Source: Meiothermus sp. (lineage in GTDB: Bacteria; Deinococcota; Deinococci; Deinococcales; Thermaceae). Taken from it: a DNA stretch of 64,000 nucleotides. The notes under the pieces are model-generated. The model was not told the DNA's origin, did no database searches, and was given only the letters and a program-made list of their open reading frames with translations. Shown one piece after another: positions 22,946 through 31,408 of this stretch. The position numbers and the translations under genes are program-made. The DNA lies in contig JANRLD010000094.1 of assembly GCA_033762915.1 (NCBI GenBank), positions 1 to 64,000 of the forward strand. Reading direction: 5' to 3'. Position 1 is the stretch's first letter. Each line of letters opens with the position of its first letter.

Positions 22946-23599
22946 CTAAATCCGGCTGCGGAGTTCTCGAGCCCGCTCCAGCAGCGGCGTCCCCTTCCCG
23001 GCGAGTTGGGCCTGGAACTCCAGCGCGACCACCGTGGCTGGTTTCAATCCGCGCCCGTCGGGGTTGGGGAAGAGGCTGTCCAGCAGGCCGAAGTCGCGCT
23101 CGGAACGCCAGCCCGCCTCTTTCCTGAGCAGGTCGAGGTAGCCCCACTGGAAGCGCTCCTCGGACAGCTCGCCCTCCAGGAAGCGGTCAAGCAGGTTGGC
23201 GTAGGGCTTGAGGCTCACCACCTCGGGGTTCTGCACCGGCTGGCCCACCTCCGGCGGCAGGTGCTGCGCGAGGAGGGGCTCGAGGTTGTCGGGGTTGATC
23301 TTGAAGTTGTCGAGGTCGAAGAGCGGCTTGGCCTTGTGAAAGAGGATGAACTGTGGGCTATGGTGGCGGATGCCGGTAAGTTCTTCGACGCGGTCGGAGG
23401 CGGGGCGGTCTTCGGGGATGCGGATCATCCCCACCGCCACGTCGGGTCGGGGCAGCAGGTATTTCTCGACGTAGCCGTAGGCCTCGACGGTCTTGTCGGT
23501 GGTGCTGGCCTTAAAGACGGCGGCGTAGAGGTACTGCTGCAGGAAGTGGTTGACCGCTTCGGGGCTGGTCAGCTGGAAGGAGCGCTCGCGCAAGCTCAT
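22946..23599 (-). CDS. YtxJ/BrxC (DUF2847)-like thioredoxin-fold protein with C-terminal extension
   Basis: VFKAST...RPASDRVEELTGIRHHSPQFILF pattern. Confidence 0.75.
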   Translation of the reverse strand: MSLRERSFQLTSPEAVNHFLQQYLYAAVFKASTTDKTVEAYGYVEKYLLPRPDVAVGMIRIPEDRPASDRVEELTGIRHHSPQFILFHKAKPLFDLDNFKINPDNLEPLLAQHLPPEVGQPVQNPEVVSLKPYANLLDRFLEGELSEERFQWGYLDLLRKEAGWRSERDFGLLDSLFPNPDGRGLKPATVVALEFQAQLAGKGTPLLERARELRSRI

Positions 23600-23652
23600 G
23601 TCGCGATGATAGCGGTGGGGCGGCGGCAAGACCGTTGGGGGGGATGCAAAAG

Positions 23653-24417
23653 TTATGGGCTATCCGTGGTGAGCGCCTCCATGCCCTCGATCGCGCCCAG
23701 CCGCAGGCTGAGGTGGGCGGCGGCGGAGAGCGGGGTTTCCTCGGGGTTGATCTCGATCAGGAAGCCGCCCGCCCGCCTAGCGAAGCGCCCCAAGCTGGCG
23801 GCGGGCTCCACCACCCCGCTGGTGCCGATCACCAGGGCCACCTCGCAGCCGGCAAAGGCCCGCTGGGCGGCGTCTAGGGCGTCTTCGGGCAGGTACTCGC
23901 CGAACCAGACCACGTTGGGGCGGCCCCGGCCGCCGCAGCCCGGACACCGCGGCGGCAACACCAGGGCTTCTGGCTCAGGCAGCGGAAAGACCTCGCCGCA
24001 ACGTTCGCACCGCGCTTGGGTCAGGTTGCCGTGGAGCTCGACGACGTTGCTCGAGCCCGCCCGCTGGTGCAGCCGGTCCACGTTCTGGGTGACGATAACG
24101 AGCCCCTCTCCCGCCGGGAGGGGGGAGAGGGGCGAGGGGCTTTTGGCCTGTTCCAGCTCTGCCAGCAGCTCGTGTGCCCGGTTGGGCCTGGCCTCGAGGA
24201 CGTTGCGGTAGCGCCAGCCGTACCAGTCCCAGACCTTCTGCGGGTCGCGCCGGTAGGCGCCGGGGGTAGCGTACTCCTCGATGTCGAAGTCCTTCCACAG
24301 CCCCGCCGCGTCGCGGAAGGTGGGGATACCCGAGGGCTTGGAAATCCCCGCGCCGGTGAGCACCGCCACACGCTTGGCGGAGCGGAGGCGGGAGCGGGCG
24401 GTCTCGAGGGGGCTCAT
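23653..24417 (-). CDS. cobB: NAD-dependent deacylase (sirtuin)
   Basis: LTGAGIS, GIPTFR, TQNVD, ELHG, two CxxC, RPNVVWFGE. Confidence 0.95.
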   Translation of the reverse strand: MSPLETARSRLRSAKRVAVLTGAGISKPSGIPTFRDAAGLWKDFDIEEYATPGAYRRDPQKVWDWYGWRYRNVLEARPNRAHELLAELEQAKSPSPLSPLPAGEGLVIVTQNVDRLHQRAGSSNVVELHGNLTQARCERCGEVFPLPEPEALVLPPRCPGCGGRGRPNVVWFGEYLPEDALDAAQRAFAGCEVALVIGTSGVVEPAASLGRFARRAGGFLIEINPEETPLSAAAHLSLRLGAIEGMEALTTDSP

Positions 24418-24471
24418 AGGGTACTAGGGTAACGGCAAAATCGGCGGTTTTGCCGTTACCCTAATTACCGT

Positions 24472-25944
24472 ATGCATCTCTACACCCCCCAGGACATGCG
24501 CGAGGCGGACGCCAAGGCCGCCCTTCTGGGCTATCCGAGCCTGCTGCTGATGGACACCGCCGGGCGCATAGCGGCCCGGACGCTGGTGCGGGCCTGGCCG
24601 GAACGCAAGGCGGTGGTGCTGTGCGGCAAGGGCAACAACGGCGGCGACGGACTGGTGGCGGCGCGGTGGCTGCACGTCTGGGGTAACGAGGTCGAGGTTT
24701 ACGCGGCCGAAGGCCAGAGTGGGGACGCCCTGCTGGCCCGCCAGGCACTGCTGGCGCACGGCCTCGAGATCCGGCCCCTCGAGCAGTTCCGCCCCGAGCG
24801 GCACACGGCCATCCTGGACGCGCTGGTGGGGACGGGGTTGAGGGGCCAACTCGAGGGCTTTTATGCCGAACTGGTCGGGCTAATCAACGGCTCGGGGCTG
24901 CCCATTCTGAGCGTCGACGTGCCCTCGGGTCTTCCCTACTCGCCGCACGTCCGGGCCGGGCGGACCGTGGCGCTTGCGGGGCTGAAGCGAGAGCACGTCT
25001 TCTACCCGTGGCGACAGAGCTGCGGGCAGATTTACCTTAACGCCATCGGAATGCCCCCGGCGGCGCTGGGGCGCCCTGACCTGCCGGAAATCCTGACCCC
25101 TGCGGCCATGCGGGGGCTGCTGCCTGCGAGGGAGGGCAAGGCCCACAAGGGCTCGGTGGGGCGGGTGCTGGTGGCGGGCGGGTTCCGCAGCTACACGGGT
25201 GCGCCCAGCCTCTCGGCGCTGGGGGCCTACCGGATTGGGCTGGGGCTGGTGACGGTAGCCTACCCCGCCGACTGCGAGGTGCAGCCACCGATGGAGGCCG
25301 TCCGGCTGCCGCTGTTTGACTGGAACCTGGCGAACCTCCAGACCGCCAAGGCCGACGCGGTTGCGGTGGGGATGGGGGCGGGTGACGGGGGAACCCAGGC
25401 CGCGCTGGCGGCGCTGGAGCTGGTGCTCCCCGCCGTCCTCGACGCCGACGCGCTGCAGCCCAGGGTGCTCTCCGCCTACAGCCAGGCGGGTATCCCAACT
25501 GTGGTCACCCCGCACCCCGGCGAGGCAGGCCGCCTGCTGGGCGTTCCCCCATCAGAGATTGCCAATAGGCCGCTCGAGTACGCCGCCGAGCTGGCCGGGA
25601 AGTACCCCAATCTGGTCGTCGTGCTCAAGGGCGGCCCCACCGTGATCGCGCACAAGCCCTCGATCCAGGCCCCACTTCTGGCCGTGAACAGCACCGGCAA
25701 CCCCGAGATGGCCACGGGCGGCATGGGCGACGTGCTCTCCGGGGTGATCGCGGCCCTGCTTTCCAAGGGGCTCTCGGCTTGGGACGCCGCCCGTCTGGGC
25801 GTCTACCTGCACGGCCTTGCGGGCGACCTGGCCCGCAAGCCCGGCCTGATGGCCCGCGAGGTCGCCGAGGCCCTGCCGGGGGCCATGGAGCGGCTGGGGA
25901 AGGGGGCGGTGCGGGCCTACTGGGAGGCAGAGGGCGACGGGTAG
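24472..25944 (+). CDS. nnr: bifunctional NAD(P)H-hydrate epimerase/dehydratase
   Basis: GKGNNGGDG, DVPSG, HKG, TPHPGEA, ATGGMGDVLSG motifs. Confidence 0.95.
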   Translation: MHLYTPQDMREADAKAALLGYPSLLLMDTAGRIAARTLVRAWPERKAVVLCGKGNNGGDGLVAARWLHVWGNEVEVYAAEGQSGDALLARQALLAHGLEIRPLEQFRPERHTAILDALVGTGLRGQLEGFYAELVGLINGSGLPILSVDVPSGLPYSPHVRAGRTVALAGLKREHVFYPWRQSCGQIYLNAIGMPPAALGRPDLPEILTPAAMRGLLPAREGKAHKGSVGRVLVAGGFRSYTGAPSLSALGAYRIGLGLVTVAYPADCEVQPPMEAVRLPLFDWNLANLQTAKADAVAVGMGAGDGGTQAALAALELVLPAVLDADALQPRVLSAYSQAGIPTVVTPHPGEAGRLLGVPPSEIANRPLEYAAELAGKYPNLVVVLKGGPTVIAHKPSIQAPLLAVNSTGNPEMATGGMGDVLSGVIAALLSKGLSAWDAARLGVYLHGLAGDLARKPGLMAREVAEALPGAMERLGKGAVRAYWEAEGDG

Positions 25945-26022
25945 GCCAAGGGTGTAGGGGTGCTCGAGAACTCGGTCAACTTCCAGCCCCCCGCCCCCGC
26001 CCACCCCTTATGATGGTTTGTG

Positions 26023-26910
26023 ATGCTGGAGGTTCGCGTTCCCGCCACGCTGGCGAATCTGGGTTCGGGCTTCGACGCGCTCGGGGTGGCGCTGGGGCTG
26101 TACCTCGAGGTCTCTGCCAAGCCCGCCGCCACAGACGAGTTTCACTACTCGGGGCAGGGCAGCCTGCCCGACTCGCCGGACAACCTGATTCACCAGGGCT
26201 TCCGGGCGGCCTTCGCTGACCTGGGAGAGCCCGCTCCCGCGGTCGCCGTCACCGCCCGCAACCCCATCCCGCTGGCGCGAGGCATGGGCAGCAGCTCGGC
26301 GGCGCTGGTGGCAGGCGCGGCGCTGGCCGACGCAATGAGCGGGGGTAAGCTGGGGCGCGACGGGGTGTTTCGGGTGACGGCGCGGCTGGAGGGCCACCCC
26401 GACAACGTGGCCCCAGCGGTCTACGGGGGCTTCGTGGCGGCCCTGGCCGACCCACCCCTGGCGCTGCCGCTCCCCGCGCCTGAGGGCCTGCGGTTCGTGC
26501 TGGGGGTTCCGGCCTATGAGGTGCCCACCCCGCTGGCCCGGGCCGCCCTGCCCCAAACCGTCCCCTACGGCGACGCGGTGTTTAACCTCAGCCGGGCCGC
26601 GCTGTGGCCCGCCGCGCTGTACTCCGGACGCTTCGAGGCGCTGCGCGAGGCGGCCCGCGACCGGCTGCACCAGGGCTACCGTGCCCACCTAATGCCCGGC
26701 CTCGAGGGGGCACTCGAGGCCGCCTACGCGGCAGGGGCGCTGGCGGCCTTCGTGGGCGGCGCGGGGCCGACCCTGGCAACCCTGGTGCACCCGCAGCGGG
26801 CAGACAGTGTGGGCACGGCCCTACAAAGCTACATTGGTGGGGGCAGAGTATTGACGTTGGACCTGGGAGCGGGAGTCTCATGGAAGGAAGCCTCAGCACC
26901 ATCGCACTGA
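26023..26910 (+). CDS. thrB: homoserine kinase
   Basis: VPATLANLGSGFD, IPLARGMGSS, EGHPDN motifs; alternative GTG start 26020. Confidence 0.95.
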   Translation: MLEVRVPATLANLGSGFDALGVALGLYLEVSAKPAATDEFHYSGQGSLPDSPDNLIHQGFRAAFADLGEPAPAVAVTARNPIPLARGMGSSSAALVAGAALADAMSGGKLGRDGVFRVTARLEGHPDNVAPAVYGGFVAALADPPLALPLPAPEGLRFVLGVPAYEVPTPLARAALPQTVPYGDAVFNLSRAALWPAALYSGRFEALREAARDRLHQGYRAHLMPGLEGALEAAYAAGALAAFVGGAGPTLATLVHPQRADSVGTALQSYIGGGRVLTLDLGAGVSWKEASAPSH

Positions 26911-27659
26911 CCGATGTCCTCGAGGTCGTCCACAGCAACCGGGGCACCGGGCTGCTGAGCCTGGGCGTACCGCAGGGCATCGGACGGCTGCCGCTGGAGT
27001 TGCGCTTCGTGGAGGGCGAGGTGGTGGGCGGGGCCATCCTGGACTGGGAGGGCCTCGAGGCGGTCTCGACCTTCCCCCTGCACGCCCGCAAAGGACAGTT
27101 CAGCTTCGGCCTGCAGCCGGTGGCGGGGGTGCCGCTGCTGCCCTTCAAGAACTTCATGGGCGAGTGGGCGCGGCTGGGCGAGCAGTGGAACCGTCTGCGC
27201 GCCCAGATCGATTCCCCCAGCCGCGTCCTCGACACCCCCAAGGCCAAGGAGCCTTACGGCGTGTTCATGGGCGGGCGCAGCATCCGGGGCGCGGCGAAAG
27301 CCTGGGGCGTCCCGCTGATCATCGCGATGGACCGTACCGTGCGCGGCCTCGAGGAGGAGGCCATCGCCAAACTGCGCAAGTACGCCTGGTATGGCCTGCG
27401 GGTGCGCCACCCGGCCTCCCGCCGCACCCAGTCCGACATCACCGACTCCTACCACCTGACCGCCGTCCTCGACGGCAGCCGCAACCTCGGCGAGCTGATC
27501 CAGTCCGGCATCTCCCTGCGGGTGATGCGCGAGTACCTGGTGCAAGAGCTTTCCACCGGCGAACTCGAGGTGCCCGGCAAGGGCTGGCTGCTGCGCGACC
27601 TGCTGTGGGAGATGGAGGCCGAGGAGTCGGGGCTGGTGACAGGCGAAAAGAAGCCGTGA
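26880..27659 (+). CDS. DUF4388 (PatA-N-like) domain protein
   Basis: MEGSLSTIALTDVLEVVHSNRGTGLL...FVEGEVV pattern. Confidence 0.8.
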   Translation: MEGSLSTIALTDVLEVVHSNRGTGLLSLGVPQGIGRLPLELRFVEGEVVGGAILDWEGLEAVSTFPLHARKGQFSFGLQPVAGVPLLPFKNFMGEWARLGEQWNRLRAQIDSPSRVLDTPKAKEPYGVFMGGRSIRGAAKAWGVPLIIAMDRTVRGLEEEAIAKLRKYAWYGLRVRHPASRRTQSDITDSYHLTAVLDGSRNLGELIQSGISLRVMREYLVQELSTGELEVPGKGWLLRDLLWEMEAEESGLVTGEKKP

Positions 27660-27680
27660 GCGATGCGCGGTGGGCTTAAG

Positions 27681-27874
27681 TGTCTTCATGGCTGAAGTGC
27701 GAACTATCGCCCGCCAGCTCCCGCAGGGAATTGCGCCTCGGGTAGCCGCTCTGCGGCTATGGCGCACGCCACTCCGCCCTGGGTAGCCGCTCTGCGGCTA
27801 TGGCGCACGCCACTCCGCCCCAGCACGTATTTGCCGCTTCCGCCGATTCCGCACTTCTACCCTGGCGCAACTTA
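27681..27874. repeat. composite REP/MITE-like element, copy A (two 41-bp internal units)
   Basis: Unit GGGTAGCCGCTCTGCGGCTATGGCGCACGCCACTCCGCCC(T) at 27740 and 27781, inside inverted ends TTGCGCCTCGGGTAG / CTACCCTGGCGCAA; related copies near 35334 and 40714. Confidence 0.8.
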
Positions 27875-27943
27875 CTCCGCTTTAGCGCACGCATTACCGC
27901 ACGCTTTAGCGCCGTACCTGGGCGGAGTAGTGGTGGGAGGCCT

Positions 27944-29028
27944 CTATGTCAATACTTCGCACAGAGCGCGGTAGACCGAACGACAGACTTGGCGTTTGGT
28001 GGCCCGCGTGGCCTGTCGGGCGGCCATCCCGGCCTGTCGCTTGCCGTCGCGGTAGGTTCGGGTGTCGGGGTCACGCTTGAGGCGATTCCAGGTGATGAGT
28101 TCAATGGTCCGGTTGAGGCGTCGGTTGCCTCCTGGATTAACCTTGACTCGCTGATTGTTGGCCGAGGAGTGATCCTTGGGGGCTTGGGGGCCACGCCGGC
28201 ATAACTGGCGAAGGCGGCTTCGCTGCGGAAGCGCCGCATGTCCTGCGCCTCCCCGATCAACACAGCGGCACTCACCAGGCCGATCCCCGTAGCGTTCAGG
28301 AGGGCTCGGTAGGGTTCTAGCAGTTTCTCCAGCACCTTTTCAAGTTCCCGAATCTGCTGCTGTAAGGTGGTGTACACCGCCTCCAGGCTGGTCCTGACCT
28401 GCGGCAAGGCGTAGGGCTGGGCCGCCAGCGCCTCGATCTGCTGTCCGATGGCGACCCGTTGAGCCACTAAGCTCTCCCGACTACGCTCCAGGCTCTGGAT
28501 TTGTAGGGCAGAGGTCGGTAGCCGCAGGGGGAAACGCTTCTCCCACACACTGGCTTCCAGCAGAACCGTCGCGGCCTGTCGAGCATCTTCAAAGTCGTTC
28601 TTGACCTTCTGACGACGCTTGCGCATATGGGCAATCTCAGTGGCTGGGATGTCGTAGACCTGCTGCCCCTGAGACAACAGGTACCAACTCAGGCCCAGCC
28701 CGTAGCCTCTGGCGTTCTCCACTGCAAAGACCAACCCTGACCCCGACTCTGACTCCGACTCCAAATCTGACTCCGACCCCGACTCCGACTCCGACTCCAA
28801 CTCTGACCCTGTTCCCAATCCGCAGCCGTGTTCCTTCAATCCCGACAGCAGTTGAGCATAGCCCGCCTGGGTATTGGGTAACTCGCCCTGAGTTTTGACC
28901 CCTCCGCCGAGTCCGCCGAGTCCTGTCCCGAGCAGCACGTAGCTAAAGCTCCGCTTGTGGGCATCCACCCCTACCACCCATTTGACCTCAGACCCTGCAC
29001 TCAGCGGTAGTTGAGCTAGACTATTCAT
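27944..29028 (-). pseudogene. IS110 recombinase, frameshifted by 8-bp tandem duplication at 28175-28190
   Basis: GVDAHK, AVENARGYG, KNDFEDA, GIG, RFRSEAAFASYAGVAP; removing one CTTGGGGG copy restores KDHSSANNQRVKVNPGGNRRLNR...VYRALCEVLT*. Confidence 0.9.
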
Positions 29029-29034
29029 GGCTCC

Positions 29035-29190
29035 CCCTGTACCCGACTGCCCAGAACATTTCTGTGGCCAGCGCTTTGGCGCACGCTTCTATCGAGCTAC
29101 TGGGGGAGTCGAGTCTGTTTGGCTAGGGCGGGAAGCAACTCCCACTCGGCAACTTAGGCTAAACGCGATCGAGCTATCCTGCCCTCCTTC
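29035..29190 (-). ncRNA. predicted IS110 bridge RNA in the left end
   Basis: Two stem-closed loops, each opening with UAGCUCGAU, contain segments matching the element's target and donor junctions. Exact RNA ends are approximate. Confidence 0.75.
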
Positions 29191-29214
29191 TACTCTAATC
29201 CCACAGAAACGCGA

Positions 29215-29333
29215 TCAGTTGCCGGTAACCGCCCAGGTGACGGCGGCCTGGAACAGCCAGCCCCCCACTAGGCGGTGTCAACCAGGGTGGAGCTGGTGTC
29301 CTGGAACATGAAGGCCACGCGGAGGGCGCGGGC
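29215..29333 (-). pseudogene. relic 3' fragment of an S8 protease paralog
   Basis: Reads PALRVAFMFQD...(stop/frameshift)...WLFQAAVTWAVTGN*, matching PARRVAFFMRD...WNLFEAAVTWAVSGN* of 37008-38876. Confidence 0.8.
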
Positions 29334-29342
29334 AAAACAGTA

Positions 29343-29364
29343 CCCCTCGAGCAAGCTCGAGGGG
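29343..29364. terminator. palindromic hairpin repeated after S8 genes
   Basis: CCCCTCGAGCAAGCTCGAGGGG, identical at 31374-31395 and 33310-33331, variant at 36903-36932. Confidence 0.7.
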
Positions 29365-29382
29365 CACCTGCCCTACCGGGTT

Positions 29383-31155
29383 TTACGGGTTGCGCACCAG
29401 GCGCATATCGTCTACCAGAACCGTGCTGGTGCCGTGGCCGCGCCACAGCACCACGTTGAGATGGGTGGTGGTGGGGCCGGTGGTGATGGTGAGCGAGCGG
29501 CTGGTATAGGCGGTGGTGTCGCTCTTAACCGAGGTGGTGGTCCGCTCGAGCAACATCGAGGCGGCATCGGACTGGTCGAGGCTGAGGGAGGCGGCGTCGG
29601 CAAGGTTGGCGAAGCGAAACCAGGCCGTGACGGTGTAGCTGGTGTTGGGGCTGACCGGAATCCGGTGGCTCCAGGCCCCGCCCATCCCGACCGAGAGGGC
29701 TCCAGAGCCCGAGCGCTGCCCGCTGGTAGCGCGGGAGGCACTCTCGAAGCCCCACGACGCAGTGGTCTCGAGGCCGCCGTTGGGGAGCAGGTTGGTGGCC
29801 GAGGCTACCGCAGCGGGCTCGGCAAAGCCGGGCAGCGATCGCAGCAGGTTGGCGCTGTCCACCATCCCCAGGCCCAAGCTCAGCCACGCGCCGCCTCGAG
29901 CTTGGCTGGTGCGGTTCCACATGTCGTTGGTGAAGGCCGAGTCCACGGCCAGCTGCCACAAGTTGGCCCGGGCGGTGACGTTGGTGGTCTCGCCGAAGGC
30001 CAGGGCCAGGGCGCCCGAGACCAGTGGGGCGGCGAAGGAGGTGCCGGTGAACTGGGCGGTACGGCTGCCGGGGAATGCGCTCACCACCCCCTCCCCCACC
30101 CCGCCCAGCACGAAGTTGTTGCCGTAGGCCGAGAACAGCGACAGCTCGGAGCGGCGGTTGAAGCTGCCCACGCTGAAAAGGAAGGGGTGCACCTGCTCCC
30201 ACCAGGCGTAGCGGGCGGGGTAGGTGAGGGCGTTCTCCTGGCCGTTGTTGCCCGCGCTGGCCACCACGTAGACCCCCCTGGCCTTGGCCGCCGAGAGGGC
30301 GGTCAGGAGGGCGTCGCTGGGGTCGGTGGCGCCGAGCGAGACGTTGATAACCCGGGCCCCGCTGTTGAGGGCGTGGTTGACCCCGGCGATCACGCGGTCC
30401 AGGGTGCCTACGCCGTTGGGGCCGAGGACCCGGATGGGCAGGATGGTGGCCCTGGGCGCCACCTGGAGGATCAGCCCGGCCACCCCGGTACCGTGCCCGA
30501 AGGCGTTGGGAGTGCCCGAGTTGACCTCCTGGGGATTGTTGTCGCCGTCGACAAAGTCGCGCCACTCGGCGCTGGGGGCTAGGCGGCCCGCGAACATGGG
30601 GTGGGCGGTGTCGAGGCCAGTGTCGACAACCGCGACCTTGACCCCCGCCCCGAAGTTCCTGGCCAGGGCGTGGGCCTGCCGCAGTTGCATCATGGTCCAG
30701 ACGGCGTTGTTCTCGGCCGGGGGCTGGGGAGGAGTGGTGCCGCCACTCCAAGCGTTCCAGCCACCGCTCCAGGCGTTCCACCCACTGCTCCAGGCGTTCC
30801 AGCCGCCACTCCAGGCGTTCCAGCCGCCGCTCCACCCGTTCCAACCCTGGGCGGTGGCCATCGGCACGTTGAGCGCGGAGTTGGCCTCGAGGGTGGTGTT
30901 TTGCATGGAGATGCCGCGGACTTGCAGCTGGGCCACCGCCTCGCCGGTCATCCTGAGGATGGCCTGGCCGTCTAGCCAGGCGATCACCTCGCCGCCATAG
31001 CGCTGGGTTACTGCTTCTTGGGTGTCGGCTGGCTCGAGCCGGACCGTCAGCAGGTAGTCGCTGCCGCCCGGCGAGCTGGCCGTGGGGGCGCTCCCGCAGG
31101 CCGCCAGGAGCGCGACCAGCACGACCGCCACGCCATGTTTAAGTTTGAAAGTCAT
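29383..31155 (-). CDS. S8 subtilase lipoprotein, 5 Trp heptads, C-terminal CBM4/9-like domain
   Basis: Lipobox LAAC; VDTG, HGT, AGN, GTSF catalytic motifs; NLLPNGGLE...VDDMRL tail. Confidence 0.92.
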   Translation of the reverse strand: MTFKLKHGVAVVLVALLAACGSAPTASSPGGSDYLLTVRLEPADTQEAVTQRYGGEVIAWLDGQAILRMTGEAVAQLQVRGISMQNTTLEANSALNVPMATAQGWNGWSGGWNAWSGGWNAWSSGWNAWSGGWNAWSGGTTPPQPPAENNAVWTMMQLRQAHALARNFGAGVKVAVVDTGLDTAHPMFAGRLAPSAEWRDFVDGDNNPQEVNSGTPNAFGHGTGVAGLILQVAPRATILPIRVLGPNGVGTLDRVIAGVNHALNSGARVINVSLGATDPSDALLTALSAAKARGVYVVASAGNNGQENALTYPARYAWWEQVHPFLFSVGSFNRRSELSLFSAYGNNFVLGGVGEGVVSAFPGSRTAQFTGTSFAAPLVSGALALAFGETTNVTARANLWQLAVDSAFTNDMWNRTSQARGGAWLSLGLGMVDSANLLRSLPGFAEPAAVASATNLLPNGGLETTASWGFESASRATSGQRSGSGALSVGMGGAWSHRIPVSPNTSYTVTAWFRFANLADAASLSLDQSDAASMLLERTTTSVKSDTTAYTSRSLTITTGPTTTHLNVVLWRGHGTSTVLVDDMRLVRNP

Positions 31156-31408
31156 AGATCTGCCTCCTCAAGACCTTTTGCCTGGTGAGCTTACACAGGC
31201 CGACCAACATGGGTTGAGCTACTTAACCGTTACAAACAAGGCGTGCGTTACAGCGGGATTCAACCCATGGCCTGCGAACACCTCGGTGGAATCCACTCCC
31301 CGCCGTGTTTTCGGGGTGCGGTGTCGCGGCCAAACAATCTGCCAACCGCTGTAGGGATAGGGGCGCAGGAAAACCCCTCGAGCAAGCTCGAGGGGCCTCC
31401 TCTGGGGC

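Larger units (their letters stand above)
27937..29207 (-). mobile_element. IS110-family insertion sequence, boundaries at duplicated TC core
   Basis: DEDD-type recombinase; right end TTGACATAGAGGCC-TC, left end TC-TGTGGGATTAGAGT; rebuilt empty site resembles the paralogous site at 36997-37010. Confidence 0.88.

Noticed and set aside
27740..27821. 41-bp direct repeats as a possible CRISPR array
   Set aside because: Only two adjacent units, no spacers, no cas genes; part of a dispersed repeat.
27878..27892. GCGTGCGCTAAAGCG outside the IS resembling GCGTGCGCCAAAGCG in the left-end RNA, as an alternative right boundary
   Set aside because: The TC-core boundary is better supported by the guides, the promoter spacing and the paralogous empty site; this similarity remains unexplained.
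27759..27974. ORFs beginning MAHATPPWVAALRLWRTPL (also within 35345-35797)
   Set aside because: They are translations of the non-coding repeat element.
27949..28174. Pro/Ser-rich C-terminus of the IS110 ORF as given in the track
   Set aside because: It is the out-of-frame read after the 8-bp duplication; the true IS110 tail is in another frame.
30742..30846. 21-bp tandem repeats as CRISPR or diversity-generating retroelement repeats
   Set aside because: They are in-frame coding repeats with synonymous variation, no spacers, and no reverse transcriptase in the window.
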